Below are positions 30,101-37,902 of a stretch of DNA of 64,000 bases, piece after piece. The number at the start of each line of letters is the position of its first letter. Position 1 is the stretch's first letter. Both the position numbers and the translations under genes were made by a program. The notes under the pieces were generated by a model. It did no database searches. It was not told where the DNA came from and saw only the letters and a list, made by a program, of their open reading frames with translations. Source of the stretch: Dehalococcoidia bacterium (GTDB taxonomy: Bacteria; Chloroflexota; Dehalococcoidia; Plut-88900). The stretch is taken from the NCBI GenBank assembly GCA_965197585.1, contig OZ240215.1:448001-512000 (forward strand). Reading direction: 5' to 3'.

Positions 30101-33100
30101 CCCGGCGACCGGGGCAGGACGATCAAGGTCAGGGTGTCCTTCACCGACGGCGCCGGCAACGATGAGTCGCTGACCAGCGAGCCGACGGGCCGGATCGGGG
30201 CCTCGGGCATCTGCGACCGGACGCCTTCGGTGATGGCGGCTATCGTCGCCGGGATGCCCGGCGTCGGCGACTGCTCGGAGGTTTCCGAGACGAGGCTCAG
30301 GACGTGGACCGGCTCCCAGCACTTCGGCCCCGACGTCACGCCCGGGCTGTACCTGCAGGGGAGAGGACTGTCGGCCCTGCAGGCCGGGGATTTCCGGGAC
30401 CTGCACGCGCTGCGCGCCCTGGACCTGAACAGAAACTTCCTCCAGACGGTCCCGGATGGACTCTTCGATGACCTCCGGGCGGTGGAGGAGCTGTATCTGT
30501 CGGGAAACTTCATTGACGAACTGCCTGACGGGACGTTCGCCGGCCAAACCGCGAATCTGAGCGTTCTGGACCTGTCGGCGAACGGCCTGGAGACGCTGCC
30601 GGACGGCGTGCTGCGAGACCTGGCCGGACTCGTCTCGCTGTCGCTCGCGGGCAACGGGCTCGTGCACCTCCCGGGCGGACTTTTCGACGACCTGGCTAGG
30701 CTCGAAGTTCTGGACCTGTCCGCCAACTCGATAGACGAGCTGCCGGAAGAGGTGTTCGGCGGTCTCGGCGACCTGCAGAGTCTTTCCCTCGCGGGGAACG
30801 ACCTGAAGAGCCTGCCGGAGGACGTGTTCGCCGACCTCGGGAGCCTCGGAGAGCTGGACCTTTCGGGAAACGAGCTCAAGAACCTGCCCGTCGGCGTCTT
30901 CGAAGGTCTGTCGGGGCTGACGGACCTCGACGCAGGCGACAATCCGGGCGCACCTTTCACGTTCACCGCAGAGCTGGAGCGTCGGGGAGACGATACGGTC
31001 ATGGTCCGATTGGGCGAAGGCGCGACGCCGTTTGATCTTCAGATCGAACTGTCGGCCCGTAACGGAGATCTGTCCGCCGAGACCGTCACCATCGCATCAG
31101 GCAGTTCATATTCGAACGTTGTGGAGGTTCGTCCGCACGGGCATCATCTCGTCACAGTGGAAATCGACTCAGTTGCTTTCCTGGTGCCTGCAGGAGGCTC
31201 CACGTCGGGAATCCGCGCCGACCGCGGCAGTGACATGCATTTGTGGGTCGGCAGACCATTGGTTCAAAGGGAATGGATCCAGGACGAAGATTTTGCTCTG
31301 CATCCGGAGAACGCGGACCCGAAGAGCATATGGTCGGACGGCGAAACGCTGTGGGTCGGCGACGATGCCGCTGCCAAGGTGTTCGCCTACAAGCTGTGGG
31401 ACGACCCCGGCACCGAGGCCAGCGAGTACGGGACCCGAGACCCCGGCAGGGACGTTCCGAGCCTCGGCGAGGAGGACTTCTACGTCACCGGCCACGGCCT
31501 CCGATTGTACGTCGCCGAAGAGTCCCTTGACGGCGCCAGCCGGGACGTATTCGGCTACGACCTGACGAGTTTCACGCGCGCGGAAGATCGGGACTTCGTC
31601 TACGGGGGCTTGAACGTCGCCGGGGGAGTGTTCATCGTGCGCGGCACGGCGACGGACGGCCGTCACCTGTGGATCACCAACACCACGTCGCACGCGCACG
31701 CCTTCCGTCTGTTCGACGACCCTGAGACGCCGGAGGACGAATACGGGAGGCCGGACACGTCCCGGAAGCTGACGATGCCCGGCTCGGGCCAGCTGAGCGG
31801 CCTGTTCACCGACGGACGGACGATGTGGGGCGTCAGGTTCGCCTCGAACGACGCCTCGGTGCGGAGCGTGAAACTGTCCGACGGGACCGAGGCGGGGTAC
31901 GACTTTCCGCTCCACGAGGACAACGACCACGCCTCCGGCATCTGGTCGAACGGGGAGACCTTCTACGTCGTCGACGCCGCCGACGACATGATCTACACCT
32001 ATCCTGGCGTCGCCGGCGTCGTTCCGCCGGTCGTCGAAGACGCGGAGACGACCGCCGCGCTGGTCGGCAACACGACGCAGCCCCGCGCAGCGGGCCACGA
32101 CCTGGGCTCGACCGGCGCTAAGAGGGCACAGGCGTTCACCACCGGGACCAGCAGAGCCGGGTACGCGCTGGCGTCCGTCGGGATAGAGTTCGACGAAGTT
32201 TCGGACCCGTCGTCCGCGCCGTCCGACCTTGAGACGACGCTCAACGCGGACGGCGGCGGCGTCCCGGGCGACGCTCTCTGCACGCTCATCGCCCCGGCGA
32301 GCCTGTCGGAACGGAGCGTGAACACCTTCGCCGCTCCGGCCTCGGGGACGACCTGCCCGGTTCTCGAGAAAGAGACGACCTACTTCGTGATCGTCGAAAG
32401 GGTCCGCGTCACCGGTTCCGGCGCCATCGCCGTCAGTGGAACGGTGAGCGGCTCCGAAGACACGGGAGCCGCGGAGGGGTGGTCCATCGCGGACGGAAGC
32501 GCGGCATATTCTCCTCAGGCCGCTGCTCAGGGATGGGCCTCCGACGCGTTTTCCTACAAGATCGAGGTGCGCGGCTCCTTCATCAACAACCCGGCTACCG
32601 GCGAGGCGACGGTCACGGGCACGCCGCAGGTGAAGGGGACGCTCGCCGCGGCGGTCTTCGACGTGTCGGACGACGACGGGCTGACAGGCGCGGCCTACTC
32701 GTACCAGTGGATGCGGGTCGACGGCGCGACCGAGACGAACATCGGGACCGGCTCGTCCACCTACACGCTCATCGCCGAGGATCTGGGCAAGCGGATCAAG
32801 GTGCGGGTGGCGTTCGTCGACGACCGCGGCAACTATGAAACGCTGACCAGCGAGGCCACGCCGTCGGTCGAGGCTTTCAAGGCGGAGGACCAGGCCGGAA
32901 CCGTTTCGCTCTTTCCGGCGAGACCCAGGGTCGGGACGGTGGTCAACGCCGCGCTGAGCGATCCCGACGGCCTCGAAGGCGGCGGCTCGGGGCCTGCGGC
33001 GTCCCTGGGCGCGGTTTCGTGGAGCTGGGCCAGGTCTCCTGACAGAATCGCCTGGACCGGCGTCGAGGCCTACGGCGAAGGAGACAGCTACGTTCCAACC

Positions 33101-36100
33101 GAAGAAGACGAAGGGATGCTGCTCAGGGCCGAGGCGTCATACACCGACGGGCACGGCCCCGGCAAGTCCGCGGAAGCGGTTTCGCCCGCCGTCGTGGGCG
33201 CCCGCGAACCGGGCCCGGAACTGACGGTGACGGAAATAGTCACGGGCCTGTCCTACCCCTGGGGCATCGATTTCACCCCCGACGGGACGATGCTGTTCAC
33301 CCAGCGCGCCGGCGTGCTGAACGCGAGGCTGACCGACGGCACCGTCAAGCGGGTCGACGCGGATCTCGGAGATCTGCTTGTCGACGGGTTCGCCGGCCTG
33401 CAGGCGCTGGCCGTGGACCCGGACTTTACGACCAACCGGCGGTTCTACACGCTCCAAGGGCACGCCGGACGCGAGATGCAGGTGATCGCCTGGACGATCG
33501 ACACGGACTACGACGAAGCCACACGCGTCGTCGATCCCCTGGTAGAGGGAATACCGATCGGGCCCGGCCCCTGGCACTCGGGAGGCCGGCTGCTATTCGG
33601 TCCGGAGGGATATCTATGGATCGCGACCGGCGACGGGCGGGTGGTGACAGGCGCGCAGGACCTGACGTCCCTGGGCGGCAAGGTCCTCCGCATAGACCCG
33701 CGGACGGGCGCCGGGGCGCCGGGCAATCCGTTCGGCGCCTCCTCGCCGGTGTACTCCTACGGCTTCCGCAACCCCCAGGGCCTGGCTCTCCGCCCGGGCA
33801 CGGACCAGATGTGGCTGGTGGAGCACGGCCCGAAACACGACGACGAGATCAATCTGCTCGCGCCGGGGGGCAACTACGGCTGGGACCCGATCCCGGACGA
33901 CGGCGGGTTGGTCTTCTACGACTACTCCGACGAGGCCGGCGTCCCCATGACCGACCTGGCCAAGTTCCCGTCTGCCCGCCAGGCCAGATGGTCCTCGGGA
34001 TTCCCCACCCTGGCAACCAGCGGGGCCGTTTTCCTGGATGGCCCCCAATGGGGGGAGTGGGAAGGGCGACTCGCGGTGGCTACGCTCAAGACGAAGTCGC
34101 TTCGTGTCTTCGAGTTCACGGAACAGGGCGATTTCGCGGGTCAGATCGTCGTTCCGGAGCTCGACGGCAGCCAGGGCCGGCTGCGGACCCCCGTGCTCGG
34201 CCCCGACGGGGCGCTGTACATCGCCACCTCCAACAAACCCGGCGTCGACAGGATTCTCAGGGTGGCCGCCAACCGCGCCGCGACGGGAGCGCCCTCTATC
34301 ACCGGCACGCCCCGCGTGGGCGAGACGCTGACGGCGGACGCCTCGAGCGTCGCCGACTCGGACGGGCTGACCAACGTCTCATACAGCCACCAGTGGATTC
34401 GGAACGAGGGGAACAGCGACTCCGATATACCGGACGCAACGGACACCACCTACACGCTCGTCGCCGATGATGTTGGCAAGACCATCAAGGTACGGGTGAC
34501 ATTCACCGACGACGCGGGGAACGAGGAGACCCTGACCAGCGCGGCAACGGAGGTGGTGCAGCAGGCTAGCAACGCCTGGTCCGCCACGATGACCGTGGGG
34601 ACAAGGGATGGGTTCACCGGGTATTCGTACTGGGGCAATCCCCACCTGGGGTCCCTGTCGACCACCGAGATCGAATGGGACGGCAAGACCCACTATGTCA
34701 GGGTCCTTTTTCTCAAGGACGGCGATCTCCGGCTCGGCCTGAACGAAGAGATGTTCTCCACAGGCTTCGTGCTGTCGATTGGGGACGAGGAGTTCGGCTC
34801 GGCGGACGCTATGGTGGATCATGGCGGTGCGTCCTACAGATTCCGGTGGGATGACCCGGGATTGGGCTGGTCGGATGGGGACGAGGTGTCGGTGAACCTC
34901 GTGCAGTCCGATCAGAATACCCCGGCCCTGGGCGCGCCGACCATCAGCGGCACGGTCCGAGTGGATGAGATGCTGACGGCAGACACCACTGATGTTGAGG
35001 ACGCGGACGGGTTGACCAACGTGTCGTACAGCTACCAGTGGATGGCTGACGGCGTGGACATTCAGAACGCGACCAGTTCCACCCACAAGCTCGTATTCCC
35101 CGACCAGGGCAAGACCATCAAGGTGAAGGTGTCCTTCACCGACGACCGGGACAACGCCGAGGCCCTTACCAGCGCGGCGACTGTGGCCGTTGTTGCAGCG
35201 CCTAACCGCGAGGCCACAGGTGAGCCCACCATCACCGGGACCACACAGGTGGGAGAGACGCTGACGGCCCTCACCAACGGCATCACCGACGAGGACGGGC
35301 TGGACGACGTTTCCTACAGCTACCAGTGGATTTCCGGCGGTACGGACATCGACGGAGCCACCGGCTCCAGCTACACGCTCACCAATAGTGAGCAGGGCCA
35401 GACCATCCAGGTCCGGGTGACCTTCACCGACGATGCAGACCACGAGGAGACGCTGACCAGCGCGGCGACGGGGGTGGTTGCGGCCGAGCCCAACTCTCCG
35501 GCCGCGGGAGCGCCCACCATTGATGGAACGGCCCAGGTGGGAGAGACGCTGACGGCGGACATCACGGACATCGCCGACGAGGACGGGCTGACCAACGTTT
35601 CGTACAGCTACCAGTGGGTTGCCGGAGGGTCGGACATACCGAGAGCAACGTCCTCCAGCTACACGCTTACAACCAGCGAGCAGGGACAGACCATCCAGGT
35701 TCGGGTGTCCTTCACCGACGACGCCGACAACGAGGAGACGCTGACCAGCGCGGCGACGGCGGCGGTGGCCGCCAAGCCGAACAGCCTGGCCACCGGCCAG
35801 CCCACCATCAGCGGAATCGCTCATGCAGGCCAGACATTGACGGCGGGGACGTCGGGCATTGCCGACGACGACGGGCTGGACGACGCCATATTCAGCTACC
35901 AGTGGATTGCCAACGACGGGACCACAGACATGGACATCGAGGATGCTGACGACTCAACTTACACTGTATCGGACGATGACGTGGGCAAGGTCATCAACGT
36001 GAGAGTGTCCTTCACCGACGACGCAGGGAACCAGGAGACGCTGACCAGCGGTCCCACCGCCTCTATAAGCCGGAGCATCATCTACGTGGTCGAACCGACT

Positions 36101-36691
36101 GCACACCCGACCAACCTCGTGGCCCAGTGGAAGAACGGTTCGGTCAGACTGTCATGGTACGCGCCCATGTTGGATACGGACTCGATCACCGGCTACAGGA
36201 TATACCGTGATTCTCAGCCGATCATTTACCGTCTGGGCTCCGGGACACGGTACCGGGACCAAGATGCAACCGAGGCCGGCTCAGAATACACCTACTGTGT
36301 CAGCGCCGTCAGGGACGGGGCCGACTTCAGCGAGTGCTCGGACGATGCGAGGGTCACCGTGCCGGGAGCGACGACCACCGTTGTGTCGCCGGATGCGACC
36401 GATCGACATCCGACGGACCTCGTTGTGAGTCTCGTGGACGGCGTGGTGGTGCTGACCTGGGACGCTCCCACCATGGAAGCCGAGACCGTCACGGGCTACG
36501 AGGTCCTGCGCCGCCGACCCGGGAATGAGGAGCACACACTGGTCCCGTACGGCCAGGCCATTGGCGGTACGACATTCATTGACCATGAGGCGACAGAGCC
36601 GGGAGTCAAGTACACCTATCGCGTGAAGGCTCTGAGAGGCGACGAGAAGAGCCGATGGTCCAACTACGTCAACATCACTATACCTCAGTAG
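24188..36691 (+). CDS. Giant secreted multidomain protein: His-swivel and PEP/pyruvate-binding (ATP-grasp) module, 15 Ig-like repeats, beta-propeller repeats, LRRs, PQQ glucose/sorbosone dehydrogenase, 2x FN3
   Basis: Signal peptide ending ASA-QQ; GIITTVPQTPLSHVN; GVKAAN, RSSTNNED...FSGAGLYDS, IKQARP; PATGAPTISGT repeats; GIWSDGTTMWV repeats; HSGGRL...GFRNPQG...NYGW. Confidence 0.9.
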   Translation: MTLPSRRALLTLLILPGLLALFALYLVIPWSTASAQQASQEGTCPGADSAPTPTVVEVGAVPIVVESTTDEYFVLYVRHDLDADTTFEVPVGVTLGQDGATTLTESLEALPKERYRVEKYLVSDPADVDGDCTDDITELADPVGMNPVNPVPAMSFDDGAAAIPNRETYVSLAYKGDSGIDSHLRNLEAVKFHMVDMNTDRPSVYFMNTKTYRRHDDFQAAVGLEVNPLHGHETMVAEMVYHPKAVAPDGSLGVYRFQFGANDVYSFKEISYAFTVLAASMPLLEENLAYYPMWSKAVARYHEDQSLYDDSRVDVLLAEDIAFDLDFISLNPGEGFGFLRVMSLEERPNPRDIVIYETLPNDLSRVAGIITTVPQTPLSHVNLRAVQDGVPNSFIRDALEDGDIDGLIGSYVQYLVGSSGYFLRAATPEEVDAHYKASRPSETQTPERDLTVTEITALSDIEFDDWNAFGVKAANVAVLRTLGFPDGTVPDGYAVPFYFYDEFMKHNEFYDDVEEMLADSDFQSDFETQEKELKKLRKKIKKGETPEWIIAALTEMHSKYPEGQSLRYRSSTNNEDLPGFSGAGLYDSKTQHPDETEEDGIAKSLKQVYASLWNFRAFTERDFYRVDHLAAAMGVLVHPNYSDELANGVAVSFDPIRMRYGNYYVNTQLGEDLVTNPDAHSAPEEILLHQGGEYTVLATSNQMQRGQLLMSDAQMDQLRRHLELIHDEFAKLYGIEGDEPFAMEIEFKITSDDILSIKQARPWVFGDDVPSENDPATGAPTISGTVQVDETLTADISGIADADGLTSLLYGSLYSYQWIRNDGTTETDIEDAANSTYTLSDADVGKTIRVRVSFTDDRGYEETLTSTATTAVTRPNSPATGAPTISGTAQVGETLTADISGIADADGLTSLLYGSLYSYQWIRNDGTTETDIENATSSTYTLSDADVGKTIKVRVSFTDDWGHEENLVSAATTAVQPRPNSPATGAPTISGTAQVDETLTADISGIADADGLNSVSYSYHWIANDGTTDTDILGATSSTYTLSDDDVGKTIKVWVSFTDDWGHEENLVSAATTAVQPRPNSPATGAPTISGTAQVGGTLTADVSGITDADGLTNASYIYQWIANYGTTDTDISGQTGSTYTLVSADVGKTIKVRVGFTDDANNSETLTSEATATVPTADEWWADMLVVDYGTGAIGAASADLFSNSGGNAGLEAKWLWYYSPERKLRLAFTDNVPNVIDLTLLVGDVALALQGGDATFTWEDVDVDWEDGQTLTTRIVRDWTSAVVALNSPATGLPTIIGTAQAGETLTADGSGINDEDGLTSVSYSYQWISNDGTTDTDIQDATDSTHTLTDDDAGKTIKVRVSFTDDADHEETLTSGATGVVAAKPNSPAAGAPTIIGTAQAGETLTADVSSIADVDGLTNVSYSYQWIRSDNGTDADIGGQTASTYTLSDEDEGKAIKVKVSFTDDADHEETLTSAATGVVAAKPNSPATGLPTIIGTAQAGETLTAYVSGVNDEDGLTSVSYNYQWIANDGNTDTDISGQTDSTYTLTDAAAGKTIKVRVSFTDDADHEETLTSAATGVVAAKPNSPATGAPTIGGTPQVGGTLSADTSGISDDDGLTNVSYSYQWLSGGSDIAGATGSSYTLKDVQKGQTIQVRVSFRDDADNDETLTSDTTATVVGPPLTVGSDFTLDAANGYPTGIWSDGTTMWVADFEDAKLYAYRMSDRSRDSGKDFTLDAANGSPVGIWSDGTTMWASDFADGKLYAYRMSDRSRDSGKDFNTLSAAGNLFPEGIWSDGTTMWVADTGNDTVFAYDLSTRAWDFEKDITLGPGHGSPMGVWSNGSTMWVSDWRDAKLYAYRMSDRSRDAGKDFALDADDESYEGIWSAGSTMWVASRDDAKLYAYDWNNPATGAPTIIGRVRVDETLTGGTRSIADADGLDAAIFEYQWVSNGGNADTDIAGATDSTYTIVPGDRGRTIKVRVSFTDGAGNDESLTSEPTGRIGASGICDRTPSVMAAIVAGMPGVGDCSEVSETRLRTWTGSQHFGPDVTPGLYLQGRGLSALQAGDFRDLHALRALDLNRNFLQTVPDGLFDDLRAVEELYLSGNFIDELPDGTFAGQTANLSVLDLSANGLETLPDGVLRDLAGLVSLSLAGNGLVHLPGGLFDDLARLEVLDLSANSIDELPEEVFGGLGDLQSLSLAGNDLKSLPEDVFADLGSLGELDLSGNELKNLPVGVFEGLSGLTDLDAGDNPGAPFTFTAELERRGDDTVMVRLGEGATPFDLQIELSARNGDLSAETVTIASGSSYSNVVEVRPHGHHLVTVEIDSVAFLVPAGGSTSGIRADRGSDMHLWVGRPLVQREWIQDEDFALHPENADPKSIWSDGETLWVGDDAAAKVFAYKLWDDPGTEASEYGTRDPGRDVPSLGEEDFYVTGHGLRLYVAEESLDGASRDVFGYDLTSFTRAEDRDFVYGGLNVAGGVFIVRGTATDGRHLWITNTTSHAHAFRLFDDPETPEDEYGRPDTSRKLTMPGSGQLSGLFTDGRTMWGVRFASNDASVRSVKLSDGTEAGYDFPLHEDNDHASGIWSNGETFYVVDAADDMIYTYPGVAGVVPPVVEDAETTAALVGNTTQPRAAGHDLGSTGAKRAQAFTTGTSRAGYALASVGIEFDEVSDPSSAPSDLETTLNADGGGVPGDALCTLIAPASLSERSVNTFAAPASGTTCPVLEKETTYFVIVERVRVTGSGAIAVSGTVSGSEDTGAAEGWSIADGSAAYSPQAAAQGWASDAFSYKIEVRGSFINNPATGEATVTGTPQVKGTLAAAVFDVSDDDGLTGAAYSYQWMRVDGATETNIGTGSSTYTLIAEDLGKRIKVRVAFVDDRGNYETLTSEATPSVEAFKAEDQAGTVSLFPARPRVGTVVNAALSDPDGLEGGGSGPAASLGAVSWSWARSPDRIAWTGVEAYGEGDSYVPTEEDEGMLLRAEASYTDGHGPGKSAEAVSPAVVGAREPGPELTVTEIVTGLSYPWGIDFTPDGTMLFTQRAGVLNARLTDGTVKRVDADLGDLLVDGFAGLQALAVDPDFTTNRRFYTLQGHAGREMQVIAWTIDTDYDEATRVVDPLVEGIPIGPGPWHSGGRLLFGPEGYLWIATGDGRVVTGAQDLTSLGGKVLRIDPRTGAGAPGNPFGASSPVYSYGFRNPQGLALRPGTDQMWLVEHGPKHDDEINLLAPGGNYGWDPIPDDGGLVFYDYSDEAGVPMTDLAKFPSARQARWSSGFPTLATSGAVFLDGPQWGEWEGRLAVATLKTKSLRVFEFTEQGDFAGQIVVPELDGSQGRLRTPVLGPDGALYIATSNKPGVDRILRVAANRAATGAPSITGTPRVGETLTADASSVADSDGLTNVSYSHQWIRNEGNSDSDIPDATDTTYTLVADDVGKTIKVRVTFTDDAGNEETLTSAATEVVQQASNAWSATMTVGTRDGFTGYSYWGNPHLGSLSTTEIEWDGKTHYVRVLFLKDGDLRLGLNEEMFSTGFVLSIGDEEFGSADAMVDHGGASYRFRWDDPGLGWSDGDEVSVNLVQSDQNTPALGAPTISGTVRVDEMLTADTTDVEDADGLTNVSYSYQWMADGVDIQNATSSTHKLVFPDQGKTIKVKVSFTDDRDNAEALTSAATVAVVAAPNREATGEPTITGTTQVGETLTALTNGITDEDGLDDVSYSYQWISGGTDIDGATGSSYTLTNSEQGQTIQVRVTFTDDADHEETLTSAATGVVAAEPNSPAAGAPTIDGTAQVGETLTADITDIADEDGLTNVSYSYQWVAGGSDIPRATSSSYTLTTSEQGQTIQVRVSFTDDADNEETLTSAATAAVAAKPNSLATGQPTISGIAHAGQTLTAGTSGIADDDGLDDAIFSYQWIANDGTTDMDIEDADDSTYTVSDDDVGKVINVRVSFTDDAGNQETLTSGPTASISRSIIYVVEPTAHPTNLVAQWKNGSVRLSWYAPMLDTDSITGYRIYRDSQPIIYRLGSGTRYRDQDATEAGSEYTYCVSAVRDGADFSECSDDARVTVPGATTTVVSPDATDRHPTDLVVSLVDGVVVLTWDAPTMEAETVTGYEVLRRRPGNEEHTLVPYGQAIGGTTFIDHEATEPGVKYTYRVKALRGDEKSRWSNYVNITIPQ
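26501..36060 (+). repeat. Fifteen ~290-310-bp intragenic Ig-like repeats in blocks
   Basis: Counted units of N.PATG.PTI.GT.QVGETL...YQW...TIKVRVSFTDD...ETLTS; some neighbours are nearly identical at DNA level. Confidence 0.85.
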
Positions 36692-36899
36692 CCCCCTGAG
36701 CTACAGGACACGGGGTGTCATGCATACATGGATGTCCGGGCGGGGCGGTGAGCCCGCCCGGACGGGTGCTCTTCCTACACGGGAGCGGCTGAGGCGGCGG
36801 CATCTCGCGCCTCCCGCCATCGTGCTGCGCCCACCGCCGCACGTACCAGACGATCCCGTAGGTGAGGGTCCGGGAGTCCTGCGGGAGGACCCGCTCGCC

Positions 36900-37163
36900 A
36901 TGCTGAGACCGCACACATACTACAGCCCAAGGACCCACGTATTCCCCGACGACTTCCCACAGCGCCTGGAGCGGTTCAAGGAGGAGTCCGGCCTGTCGTG
37001 GGCGGAGATCGCCCGCCGTCTCAGAACCTACCCTCTCACCATACGACGTTGGAGGTTCAACGGGGTACGACCCAACCTGGCTCATCAGGTCGCGCTCCTT
37101 GAACTTGCCGACTCCCTGGGCCTGAGCCATATCTTCACCGACCGGAGCTCCCAGCAGGTATAG
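36900..37163 (+). CDS. XRE-like HTH protein (PxDF family)
   Basis: FPDDFPQRLERFKEESGLSWAEIARRL; GGAGG upstream of ATG 36900. Confidence 0.8.
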   Translation: MLRPHTYYSPRTHVFPDDFPQRLERFKEESGLSWAEIARRLRTYPLTIRRWRFNGVRPNLAHQVALLELADSLGLSHIFTDRSSQQV

Positions 37164-37558
37164 TCCGCACGATATGCCCAGCTCTGCTGGCAACGCCCGT
37201 AGACCTGAGAGAGTGCTCAGGCCGAGTGCGTCGACTCGGGGCAAGGTCCCCGGGATGAGACAAGCACGTCGATGACGCGGCGATTGCCCCGAGTCGAAAC
37301 TCGAACCCCCAAACGCCTGGCGGCACGGCCGGCCTATTGACCGGCTCAAGGAGCGCACCACGTCAGTTGGTCAGGCTCGGACACGGGCTAGACCTCCTGA
37401 AACGCAAAAAGGGCCGCATACATGGACACGCGGCAGGTCTGAAACGCAAAAGAGGCACACATACGTGGCCGTGCAGGGGGAGACCACCGCCACATCGACG
37501 GCGGCCTCCCCCTGTGTGTTGCAGTCAAGCGCCCGGCAGCGATACGGCAGGGTCCGGC

Positions 37559-37902
37559 CTAGAACAGCCTCAGCGTCTGCTGCTGTGCCTGCGTCTCCTC
37601 CGGCGTTTCGGTTGACGCTTCCTGCGCCGCTTCCTGCCCGCGCCGGTTCCGGCGCCGGGCCGGTGGAGCGGGTCTCGCGTAGGCGGGATGCTTGGGGGCG
37701 TCTTCCCACCTGGCCCTCGCCCTTTCGACCACCGCCGAGACCTCCTGCGTCAGCCCGGATACGTCCAGGTCGTCGAAGGTCTCGATGTGCGGGGCCGACG
37801 AGGGCTGCTGCACCCCGATGGTGGCCCTGCCGCCCTTGATGGACACGACCACCTTCAGGTCCTCCGAGGATTCGGTCCCCTCTCCAGTCGCCTGCTCATC
37901 GG
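37559..37902 (-). pseudogene. 5'-truncated hypothetical gene
   Basis: Protein-like C-terminal portion (EDLKVVVSIKGGRATIGVQQP...QTLRLF); the upstream part of the listed ORF is antisense to the VirD4-like gene. Confidence 0.5.

Noticed and set aside
24332-35824. Long antisense ORFs (914, 406, 428, 481 aa)
   Set aside because: Shadows of the GC-rich repetitive giant gene
21128-36691. Diversity-generating retroelement acting on LRR/Ig repeats
   Set aside because: No reverse transcriptase in the window and no adenine-specific TR/VR pair noticed
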